From an uncultured Acidobacteriota bacterium (GTDB lineage: Bacteria > Acidobacteriota > Vicinamibacteria > Vicinamibacterales > UBA8438), in contig CAJWLU010000001.1 in the NCBI GenBank assembly GCA_913043225.1, forward strand, positions 32,001 to 96,000: DNA of 64,000 nt. Reading direction: 5' to 3'. A program made the translations under genes and the position numbers. The notes below the pieces were generated by a model, which saw only the letters and a list, made by a program, of their open reading frames with translations, was not told the origin of the DNA and ran no database searches. Below are positions 38,151-46,480 of the stretch, in pieces; the stretch's first letter is position 1, and each line of letters starts with the position of its first letter.

Positions 38151-40085
38151 ATGCGCTGTTTCCACTTCTCCGCTCGAGTAGCGCTTGCTGGTCTCGTCGC
38201 CTTCAGTGCGTCCGACGCCGCAGCGCAGATCACGGAATTCGACCTCGAGGTCGTGGCTTCGCCCGCCCTCGACGGGCGCGAGTTCGGCGGCATCGGCACC
38301 TACGAACGGCTCAGGGGAATTGTGCGAGGGGCGGTCGATCCGGAAGACAGACGCAACCGCGACATCGTGAACATCGACCGCGCCTCCAGAAATGCCGATG
38401 GACTCGTCGAGTACCGGGCCACGGTGGAGATCTACCGGCCGGTCAACATGTCGAAGTGGAACGGCGCGATCTTCCACACGGTCTCAAACCGTGGTGGAGC
38501 GGGCGCAGCTGAACCGGCACTTCTCGCACGCGGGTTCGCCTTCGTCCGGATCGGCTGGCAGGGCGACCTCGAGCCGACCGAGTCCAATATCGTGGCGTAT
38601 CTGCCGATTGCCACCAACGGCGAGCGCCCGGTCACGGCTCCGGCGCTGGAGGAGTTCATCTTCAACGACGCCGAATCTACGTCACGTGGCCGGCTCACCT
38701 ACCCGGCCGCCATGCCAGAGCCTTCCGGCGGGATGCTCTCGGTCCGGGCGCACCAGACCGCCCCCCGCTCCGCGCCCTCGGACCTTAATTGGCGCTACGT
38801 CACTAACCGCGAGATCGAGATCGACCGACCGAACGGATACGACAGCGGCGCCATCTACGAGTTCATCTACGAAGCGCGCGATCCGATCGTGCTCGGCCTC
38901 GGCTTCGCGGCGATGCGGGACGCCATTGCCTTCCTGCGCTACGAACGACAGGACGCCAGCGGCAACGCGAACCCGCTCGAGAAGGACGGTTTGACCCGCA
39001 CCGCCATCTCGCTGGGCATCTCTCAAAGCGGCCGGATGCTGCGTGACTTCGTCTACCAGGGCTTCAACGAGGACACCCAAGGCCGCATCGTGTTCGACGG
39101 CGTCCACCCCAACATCGCCGGCTCACGCAAGACATTCACCAACTACCAGTTCGGTCAGCCTGGCCGCTGGCAGAAGCAACACGAAGATCACGTGTATCCG
39201 GGCGACCAGTTCCCGTTCACGTACACCACGTTGACCGACTCGCTGAGTGGTCGGACCGACGGCCTGCTCGCCCGCTGCGCTGACACCGGCACCTGCCCCA
39301 AGGTGATCCACAGTGATGGCGAAGCCGAGCTGTGGCAAGCGCGTGCGTCGCTGGTCGTCACCGATCCGGCCGGCAAACACATCGAACTGCCAGACTCGGT
39401 GCGAGTCTTCTTGTTGTCAGGCACCCAGCACGGAGGCGGGCCGGGCGTCCACACCGGCACGCCACGGGCCGGCATCTGCCAGCATCCGAACAACCCACTC
39501 GACCTGGGTCAAATCCGGACCGCACTCAGCGTGGCGCTGCACGAGTGGGTGGCCGACGGCACGCCGCCTCCAGCCAGCCGGTTTCCGACGGTGGCCAACG
39601 GTGGCCTCGTCGCCGCCAGAGGACTCAAGTTTCCGGCCATTCCCGGTTCAACCTACAACGGCTCGGTCAATCCTCTCCACCTGAACGACCATCGGTCTAT
39701 TCCGCCCATGCGGGGAGCTGCCTATCCGGTCCTGGTCGGTCGCATCGACAACGACGGGAACATGACCAATGGTGTCAGACACCCCAATCTAGCAGCGCCG
39801 GTGGGGACTCATACTGGATGGAATCTGCGTCGAGACGGATACGCGCCGAACCAGCAGTGCGGCGGAACCGGCTCCTTCTTCCCGTTCGAACCGACCGCCA
39901 GCGAGCGCGCAAGCTCGGGCGACCCCCGCCTGTCGTTCGAGGAACGCTACGCCGACCACGCGACCTACGTAACCGCTGTGCAGCGGGCGGCGGAACAACT
40001 CGTGGCCAAGCGGCTTCTACTCGCCGAACATGTTGAGGTCATCGTTGAGCGTGCCGCGACCAGCCGGATCAGTAGTCAGAACTAA
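38151..40085 (+). CDS. Secreted alpha/beta hydrolase domain protein
   Basis: AAGGAG SD and signal peptide; GWQGD, GLGFAAMRD, GISQSGR, GTQH and GDPRLSFEERY motifs. Confidence 0.85.
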   Translation: MRCFHFSARVALAGLVAFSASDAAAQITEFDLEVVASPALDGREFGGIGTYERLRGIVRGAVDPEDRRNRDIVNIDRASRNADGLVEYRATVEIYRPVNMSKWNGAIFHTVSNRGGAGAAEPALLARGFAFVRIGWQGDLEPTESNIVAYLPIATNGERPVTAPALEEFIFNDAESTSRGRLTYPAAMPEPSGGMLSVRAHQTAPRSAPSDLNWRYVTNREIEIDRPNGYDSGAIYEFIYEARDPIVLGLGFAAMRDAIAFLRYERQDASGNANPLEKDGLTRTAISLGISQSGRMLRDFVYQGFNEDTQGRIVFDGVHPNIAGSRKTFTNYQFGQPGRWQKQHEDHVYPGDQFPFTYTTLTDSLSGRTDGLLARCADTGTCPKVIHSDGEAELWQARASLVVTDPAGKHIELPDSVRVFLLSGTQHGGGPGVHTGTPRAGICQHPNNPLDLGQIRTALSVALHEWVADGTPPPASRFPTVANGGLVAARGLKFPAIPGSTYNGSVNPLHLNDHRSIPPMRGAAYPVLVGRIDNDGNMTNGVRHPNLAAPVGTHTGWNLRRDGYAPNQQCGGTGSFFPFEPTASERASSGDPRLSFEERYADHATYVTAVQRAAEQLVAKRLLLAEHVEVIVERAATSRISSQN

Positions 40086-40091
40086 GCTGGC

Positions 40092-41450
40092 TCAGTCGGC
40101 CCACCGGAAGGCACTGATCGCCTCGAGCTCGCGGACGAACACGCCGTCGCCGCTGACCGCTAGATGCCCCCAAGTGGTCTGCTTGGCCACCTCCAGCTCA
40201 TCGATCAGGTCGAACCGCTCGGGCGAAGCCCGAATGAGCCTGAGCGTTCCCTCAGAATCCAGCGTCAACATCCGATCCCCCTGATAGACCATGCTCCAGT
40301 AGTCGGCCATCGGACGCGTGCGCCAGTTCTCCTCACCCGTGCGCAGGTCAATGCTCGTCAGCCGGCCGTTCCCAAGGTGCTGGTAGACGTGGTCTCCGAT
40401 CACAAGGGGAGACGACATGTAGCCAGATCCCTTATTCGTCCAGACCGTCTCAACGTCGAAGTTCACGTCTTCGGTATCGACCGATAACGGATCAACCCGC
40501 GGCGGCCGTAAAAAAAAGGAACCGTTGCGATACTGGCTAATGAAGATACCGCCGTCGTAGACGGTCGGGGTGACGATGTTCATGCCACGGAAGTTCGGCA
40601 CCGACTGTCGCCACAACACATCGCCAGAGTCCGGGTCGACTCCGGCAAGCTCTGACCGGGTAAACACGACGATCTGCCGGACCCCGTCGAGCTCTGCGAC
40701 GATCGGCGACGAGAAGGCGCCATCGTTCATCACCGAGCTGCCGCTGACCATCGACCGCCACAGTACCGTGCCGGTCGAGGGGTCAACCTTGATCAGCCCG
40801 TTCGACGCCTGGGCAAAAAGCGCCCCCTCGAACAGCATCGGCGAAGAAGCAAACCCGAAGGACGGCGTATCTTCCCCAAACTTGTCCGGCACGTCGAGCA
40901 CCCAGCGGTCCTGCCCCGTCTCGGCGTCGAGAGCTCGAAGTACCTCTTTCATATCGCCGAGATAGAGCAACTTCCCATCGAACGCCGGCGTGGACCGCTC
41001 CCAATCCCCGCTGCGGGCCGCATAGAACGGCACGCGCCCTTCGGCCAACCACTCCCGGCGCCATACCTCAGTACCGGTCTCCCGGTCGAACGCTCTGACA
41101 CGGGCCAGCGTCTTATCAAATGGCCATGAACCGGTCACAACCGTCTCGGTAACAAAGACGCGATGCTCGGTCACAATCGGCCCGCCGTAACCCTTGCCGA
41201 GTTCGACTCGCCAAGTTTGCTCGAGCCCGCCCAGCGTCTCAGGCCAGAGCGGCCCATCGACCCTTCCATCCCTGTCTGGCCCGCGCCACTGCGACCACAC
41301 CGGCACGACCGCACTGTCTGACTCGCTCGTCTCTGGCCGAGTAGTCATTTCAGCCGACACGAGATAACCAGCCGTAGCCGACATCTGGACGGCGACTACC
41401 GTGGCGAGGGCGGCCCGAATTGTGTTGCGGACGACTAGAAATGTCTTCAC
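40092..41450 (-). CDS. Secreted PQQ-binding-like (BamB-type) beta-propeller protein
   Basis: WSQWRGPDRDG, FGFASSP, AFSSP and TWGHLAV motifs; GTG start with an AAGGA SD. Confidence 0.85.
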   Translation of the reverse strand: MKTFLVVRNTIRAALATVVAVQMSATAGYLVSAEMTTRPETSESDSAVVPVWSQWRGPDRDGRVDGPLWPETLGGLEQTWRVELGKGYGGPIVTEHRVFVTETVVTGSWPFDKTLARVRAFDRETGTEVWRREWLAEGRVPFYAARSGDWERSTPAFDGKLLYLGDMKEVLRALDAETGQDRWVLDVPDKFGEDTPSFGFASSPMLFEGALFAQASNGLIKVDPSTGTVLWRSMVSGSSVMNDGAFSSPIVAELDGVRQIVVFTRSELAGVDPDSGDVLWRQSVPNFRGMNIVTPTVYDGGIFISQYRNGSFFLRPPRVDPLSVDTEDVNFDVETVWTNKGSGYMSSPLVIGDHVYQHLGNGRLTSIDLRTGEENWRTRPMADYWSMVYQGDRMLTLDSEGTLRLIRASPERFDLIDELEVAKQTTWGHLAVSGDGVFVRELEAISAFRWAD

Positions 41451-41500
41451 GTCGTTTGATCCTTATCTTTTCCTGTGGCGTCCAAGCTCAATTAATCAGA

Positions 41501-41529
41501 AGCATAGCCAGGCGTTTATATGTTGTCAA
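41501..41529 (-). promoter_or_regulatory. sigma70-type promoter for the 40092-41450 gene
   Basis: Minus strand TTGACA (41529-41524), 17-bp spacer, TATGCT (41506-41501). Confidence 0.8.
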
Positions 41530-41544
41530 TATATTGTTCATATA
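41512..41544 (-). promoter_or_regulatory. Putative CarH/LitR operator: three tandem 11-bp direct repeats
   Basis: Minus strand tatatgaacaa / tatattgacaa / catataaacgc fit nAnnTnnACAn (third repeat has one mismatch) and cover the -35 element. Confidence 0.75.
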
Positions 41545-41549
41545 AATAC

Positions 41550-41578
41550 TTGATTTTTCGCTGTTTACTCAGTAAATT
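41550..41578 (+). promoter_or_regulatory. sigma70-type promoter for the carH-like gene, probably leaderless
   Basis: TTGATT (41550-41555), 17-bp spacer, TAAATT (41573-41578); ATG 8 nt later with no SD. Confidence 0.55.
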
Positions 41579-41586
41579 CACAGCTA

Positions 41587-42516
41587 ATGTCAGATCAAAA
41601 GCTGTACAAGATGAGGACTGTAACCAGCGCGACAGGGTTCTCACCCGCTGTCCTCAGGGCCTGGGAGCGCCGCCATGGCCTCCTGCACCCCAGACGGGGC
41701 CCAGGTGGGCACCGCCTGTTCACCAAGGATGATCTGACACTGCTCAAGCTGGTGCGCCGCCGGATGCGTGAGGGTCGAAGCATCGGGGAACTCGCCCTCA
41801 CGGGCCGAGACGAACTGCTCGCTGAGGCACGCGCACTCACGCCGGTGGGGACCCCACCGGCATCGACCACCGAGGGACCGACCACCATGGCAGCGCTCCA
41901 GGCACGTACCATCGACGCAGCGCTGGCGCTAAATGGCCCTGGAATCGAGCAAGCGCTCGACGAGGCCTTCGCTCTGGTAGCGCCCACCCAGGTCATCGCC
42001 CAGCTGATCGAACCCGTCACCCGCAAGATCGGCGATCACTGGGCCCAGGGAACCTGCGGCGTGGCCCATGAACACCTATTGAGCGGCGTCTTTAAGCACA
42101 GGCTACGAAAACTCGTCGAAACCGCGTCTCAGCGGTCGACCAGTCGTCCACCCGTGCTATTCGCATGCTTACCTGACGAGCAGCACGATCTCGGGTTGCT
42201 GACGCTGGCATATCGGTGCGCACAGCACGGCGTGCAACCCTGTTATCTCGGTCCGAGTCTCCCGTTCGAAGACCTGGAAACGGCCTGCAATCAGGTACAG
42301 CCCAGTGCCGTTGTACTCTCGGTGACTAGGCGGGCGCTCTACGACAGCCACCGAAGCCACCTTGTCGACTTCACTCGCCGGCAAGGCACCGGCACGCGGA
42401 TCCTAATAGGCGGACAGGGCACGCCACTCGAAGATACAGGACTCACGAACCAGGGGGGACTGCTACTTGGAGGCGAGCTTTCGATTGAGAATCTGCTCAG
42501 TGAGCTCGTCGGTTGA
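41587..42516 (+). CDS. MerR-family cobalamin-binding transcriptional regulator (CarH/LitR-like photoreceptor)
   Basis: RAWERR MerR HTH; W-x9-EH (WAQGTCGVAHEH); E-x-H-x-x-G (EQHDLG); LSVT and IGG B12 Rossmann motifs. Confidence 0.9.
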   Translation: MSDQKLYKMRTVTSATGFSPAVLRAWERRHGLLHPRRGPGGHRLFTKDDLTLLKLVRRRMREGRSIGELALTGRDELLAEARALTPVGTPPASTTEGPTTMAALQARTIDAALALNGPGIEQALDEAFALVAPTQVIAQLIEPVTRKIGDHWAQGTCGVAHEHLLSGVFKHRLRKLVETASQRSTSRPPVLFACLPDEQHDLGLLTLAYRCAQHGVQPCYLGPSLPFEDLETACNQVQPSAVVLSVTRRALYDSHRSHLVDFTRRQGTGTRILIGGQGTPLEDTGLTNQGGLLLGGELSIENLLSELVG

Positions 42517-42563
42517 CGCCGCTGTCACGCTGAGCGCAGACGCCTCTGGTATCCTCGCCTACG

Positions 42564-43385
42564 ATGCCACCCGCCGACCAAGATCCAGACTCGGGAAATC
42601 AGTACGACCGTTTCGCTGACATCTACGGCGTCTGGACCGACACTGCACCGGCAGCGCGAGCCAATCTTCCGTTCTACAGCGAGCTATATGTCGCAGCCGA
42701 AGGCCCCGTCGTCGAGCTGGGTGTGGGCGATGGCCGGATTGCGGTCGAAGCGGCGCGACGAGGCGCTCGACTGGTCGGCGTCGACGCCTCGGCCCGGATG
42801 CTGGAGCGATGCCAGGCGCGAGCCACAGCCGCGGGAGTTGCCGACCGATTGACCCTAGTGCAGGCCGACTTCCGCACGTTCGAGCTCGACACGCCAGCCG
42901 CGCTCATCGCCCTGCCCTATCACAGCCTGGGGCATCTCACCGCCATCGACGATAAGCGGGAGGCCTTGGCACGTGTGTTCGAGCAGTTGCGGCCAGGTGG
43001 ACGGTTCGTCTTCGACGACTTCGTGGTGACCGATCGGGCACGTGCGCACATGCGACAGGCCCAGCTGCGGTCCATCTTTAAGGCGCCCGATGGCACGGAC
43101 CGGCTGCTGTGGGTCACCTCACTGCTCGACGACCCGGATCAGCGCATCACCGTGATCACCTGGGAGGACATGCTGGACGATAACGGTCGGCAGATCGATC
43201 GGCAGTACCGCAAGCTGGAACTCAGCTGGCTAACTCCGGAACAGGCCCAGACGCTACTGGAGGAGGTCGGATTCAAGATCGATTCCTGCTGGGGCGACTT
43301 CGAGCGGACAACATTCGATCCCACCAGGGCGAACGAACAGATCTGGGTGGTCCGCCGGCCCAACAGCGGGAGCCGGGCCGCATGA
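42564..43385 (+). CDS. Class I SAM-dependent methyltransferase
   Basis: VELGVGDGR, GVDAS, ADFR and LRPGG motifs. Confidence 0.9.
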   Translation: MPPADQDPDSGNQYDRFADIYGVWTDTAPAARANLPFYSELYVAAEGPVVELGVGDGRIAVEAARRGARLVGVDASARMLERCQARATAAGVADRLTLVQADFRTFELDTPAALIALPYHSLGHLTAIDDKREALARVFEQLRPGGRFVFDDFVVTDRARAHMRQAQLRSIFKAPDGTDRLLWVTSLLDDPDQRITVITWEDMLDDNGRQIDRQYRKLELSWLTPEQAQTLLEEVGFKIDSCWGDFERTTFDPTRANEQIWVVRRPNSGSRAA

Positions 43386-43741
43386 AGGGCACCGCCGGTC
43401 TCCGGGACCTGGAGGTCCAATGCGTGATTGGGGTGTACGACCATGAGCGCACCGGCCCTCAGCCGCTACACATCGACATCGAACTGGACTACGACTTCGC
43501 CGCCGCGGCTGCGTCTGACCAGCTCGCGGATGCCGTCGACTACGACTGTGTCACCCGCACCATCACGAGGCTCGCCGAGCAGCGGGGATACCAGCTGCTC
43601 GAAACGCTAGCCGAAGAGGCCGTGTCTCGACTGTTCCACGAACTGCCCATGGTCCAGACGATTCGCATGGAGATCCGCAAACCGCGCGCCGTCGCGGCGG
43701 CCGCCGCCTCGTTCGTCCGGGTGGAGCGCGAGCGCCCGTGA
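43382..43741 (+). CDS. folB: Dihydroneopterin aldolase
   Basis: IGVYDHER..PQ, VDY, LLETLAE and RKP active-site motifs. Confidence 0.9.
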   Translation: MKGTAGLRDLEVQCVIGVYDHERTGPQPLHIDIELDYDFAAAAASDQLADAVDYDCVTRTITRLAEQRGYQLLETLAEEAVSRLFHELPMVQTIRMEIRKPRAVAAAAASFVRVERERP

Positions 43742-44466
43742 CCGCTACCGAGACCCCCGTCGCCGTCGTAACTGGCGGAGCCCGACGACTCGGTCGCCGA
43801 CTGGCGCTGCGGGTAGCGGCCCGCGGCTACGACCTAGTCGTGCTCTACCGTCGATCCGCAGAAGACGCCGCGTCGCTTGCACAGGAGGTGCGCGCACTGG
43901 GCCGGTCCGCGCGCGCCCTGCAAGCGGACATCTCCCGTAGGGAGGAAGTGGCGTCGGCCTTCACCGACATTGGAGAGACCGAGGGTCACGTCGATCTCCT
44001 GATCAACAACGTGGGTAACTACAACCCGCAGCATGTCACCGCGCTCGACCCGACAGTCTGGGACGCCACCCTGGCCGCGAACCTGTCGGGTGCCTACTAC
44101 TGCTGCTACCACGCGCTCCAGCGTATGCCCGACGGCGGCAGCATGGTGAACATCGGCATGGCCGGGCTCGAGGGAATCCGGGCGAACACCCGCGGCGCAG
44201 ACTACTTCGTGAGCAAGACCGGCCTCCTCGTGCTAACCCGCGCGCTGGCGAAAGGCTATGCCGACCGGCGTATCCGGGTGAACATGGTCTCGCCCGGTCA
44301 ACTGGAGAACTCCATCGACCTTCCTCCGCCTGACGAGATCGGCCAGTCGGTGCCGCTGGGACGTGCCGGCACGCTCGACGAAGTGGCGGAGGCCGTCGAG
44401 TATTTGCTCGACGCCTCTTACGTGACCGGCGCCAACATCGACATCGCCGGGGGATACCGCCTCTAG
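43738..44466 (+). CDS. SDR oxidoreductase, pteridine reductase/FolM-like
   Basis: TGGARRLG, INNVG and YFVSK motifs; overlaps folB by 4 bp. Confidence 0.82.
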   Translation: MTATETPVAVVTGGARRLGRRLALRVAARGYDLVVLYRRSAEDAASLAQEVRALGRSARALQADISRREEVASAFTDIGETEGHVDLLINNVGNYNPQHVTALDPTVWDATLAANLSGAYYCCYHALQRMPDGGSMVNIGMAGLEGIRANTRGADYFVSKTGLLVLTRALAKGYADRRIRVNMVSPGQLENSIDLPPPDEIGQSVPLGRAGTLDEVAEAVEYLLDASYVTGANIDIAGGYRL

Positions 44467-44480
44467 TGTCCTAGCAGCCC

Positions 44481-45635
44481 GTGCGGACCACGCGAGCCAC
44501 GAGGCTTGTCCCACTGTGGGACCGGAACGACGAGTGGCGCCGACGGCTGGAGATGGTCGCCGCGGCCCGGGACTTCCTCTACGCCTCGACCTACTACCTT
44601 GAGTACGACCGCTACGGCATCGAGTTTCTCGACGCGCTGGACGAAGCATGCCGACGCGGCGTGGCGGTGCACCTGCTCCTCGACGGCTTCGGCCAAACCC
44701 TGGGTGGAGTACTCATGGCCGACGAGGCGAAACGGGCACTCTCGTCTCGTCTAGACACCCTTCGACAGGCAGGCGCTACCGTCACCGTCTATCGCCCTAG
44801 GTTCCCGATCCAGCGGCGGCTCGGAGGAGGACAGCACGTCAAGATCCAGGTCTCGGAGGCAGGGGAAGCCATCTTTGGCAGTAGCAACCTGACCGCCAGC
44901 TCATTCGAGCACTGGCACGAGTTCTCCGTGGCCCTGCGAGGCCCCGTGGTTCCGGTCCTCCTTGAGAGTTATTGCGACCTCGGCGGCGCGGTCGACGACA
45001 ACCACGTCGCCTACCTCCGAACGACGGTATCTCCCGACCCCGGACTCGACTTGGACTACTGGTTCTGTAATCCCAATCTCGCCCAGGGCCGGCTGGGCCC
45101 ACTGGGCTGGCGGGGTCCCAACGAGGTAACCGATCGGATGGTGGCGCTGATAAATGGCGCGCGAACGTCAGTACAGCTAACCGCCTTCTATTTCAAACCG
45201 ATCCCCTCACTACTGACGGCGGTGGAGGCGGCCGCCCGGCGCGGGGTCCGAGTCGAGGTGTACCATTCTCACCGGGACGCACTCGACGCAACCGACCTGG
45301 CCTGGATCGCCGCCGCCGCGTCCTACGACCGGCTCCTTGATGCGGGCATTCAGATCTGGGAGCACCGGGGCGGCGAACATTCGAAGATCGTCCTCGTGGA
45401 TAACGAACGGGTCTCGTTCGGCAGCTACAACTTCGAGGACGCCGCCCATGACCGACTCGCCGAGGCGATGCTCGAAACAACCGACGGAGCCATGGTGGAG
45501 GAAGCGCGCGAGATCTTTCAGCGACTAGCTGCGGACCCGGCTCAAGTGCGGGTAACACCGAGGTTCCGCACCTCACTGCCCGCGGTACTACGGCTTCGGC
45601 TGTCGGTGATGCGACACTTCAAGCGCTGGATGTGA
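44481..45635 (+). CDS. Phospholipase D superfamily protein (cardiolipin synthase-like, no obvious TM anchor)
   Basis: LLLDGFG; HVKIQVSE..GSSN and HSKIVLVD..GSYN (two HKD-type motifs). Confidence 0.85.
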   Translation: MRTTRATRLVPLWDRNDEWRRRLEMVAAARDFLYASTYYLEYDRYGIEFLDALDEACRRGVAVHLLLDGFGQTLGGVLMADEAKRALSSRLDTLRQAGATVTVYRPRFPIQRRLGGGQHVKIQVSEAGEAIFGSSNLTASSFEHWHEFSVALRGPVVPVLLESYCDLGGAVDDNHVAYLRTTVSPDPGLDLDYWFCNPNLAQGRLGPLGWRGPNEVTDRMVALINGARTSVQLTAFYFKPIPSLLTAVEAAARRGVRVEVYHSHRDALDATDLAWIAAAASYDRLLDAGIQIWEHRGGEHSKIVLVDNERVSFGSYNFEDAAHDRLAEAMLETTDGAMVEEAREIFQRLAADPAQVRVTPRFRTSLPAVLRLRLSVMRHFKRWM

Positions 45636-45636
45636 C

Positions 45637-46224
45637 GTGACCGAGTCCGATCTGCGATTCACCGAGATCGAGCACAAGTACGTGGTCGAGGCCAGGTTCG
45701 ACCTGGCGGCCTTCGACCAGGCTCTGACGTCGCTGGGCCCCACCCGGCGCGCGACGCTCCAAGTGCGCGACCGCTACTTCCTCACCGGAGCCGGTAAGAA
45801 GCACCGATTTCTCATCCGCCACCGCTTCGACCCAGAGCTCCACCACCTTACGCTCAAGACCCTCGAGGACGATCCGCAGATCCGCACCGAGGTCAACCTC
45901 GACCTCGGCCACCACGCAGGTGACCAGACTGACGCCGTGGATGCGTTTCTCGCGCCGTTCGAGGTGGAGTGGCAGGACAGCCTGCTTAAGGATCTGGATG
46001 TGTGGTACTTCCACGACGCCGAGGTAGTGCACTACCGGGCGGAGGGTGGAGGACGCGTGGTGCGCTGTGTCGAGTTCGAAGCGACGCGAAAAGAGGACGT
46101 CGCCTCGGCGTTGGCCGTACTTGAGCGGTATGAGAACGCCAGCGGACTCGGCGATCGCGACCGGGAGCGGCGGTCCCTGCCGGAACTGCTGTTCCCAGAG
46201 GTGGCGGCCGTGTTTCGCCGCTGA
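45637..46224 (+). CDS. CYTH / triphosphate tunnel metalloenzyme-like protein
   Basis: N-terminal EIEHK (ExExK), DRYF, LTLK, RTEVN and VEFE motifs. Confidence 0.72.
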   Translation: MTESDLRFTEIEHKYVVEARFDLAAFDQALTSLGPTRRATLQVRDRYFLTGAGKKHRFLIRHRFDPELHHLTLKTLEDDPQIRTEVNLDLGHHAGDQTDAVDAFLAPFEVEWQDSLLKDLDVWYFHDAEVVHYRAEGGGRVVRCVEFEATRKEDVASALAVLERYENASGLGDRDRERRSLPELLFPEVAAVFRR

Positions 46225-46480
46225 AGGCGACCTAGTTTAATGGCCGACCCGTCGCTGGCGGCTTCCATCGACGTGAACTGTCTGATCTGCTTGAGCCTTT
46301 CTGGAAACCGCTTCTTCGTATCGTCCTCAGACAGACCTTCCACGACCGCCCTGAACTACGCTTCGTCGCCCTCTTCGAACAGCGCGATGGGGACCTGGCA
46401 ACACTGATCGTCATCCAGGCGTTTGGCGCGCCAGGCCCAGACGCTAGCCAGAGACGGCGACCGGACGGTAGCATACGGGC

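Noticed and set aside
44481..46224. PLD plus CYTH read as an anti-phage nuclease or cyclase system
   Set aside because: The PLD has cardiolipin-synthase-like two-motif architecture, the context is pterin metabolism, and no defence or mobile markers are nearby.
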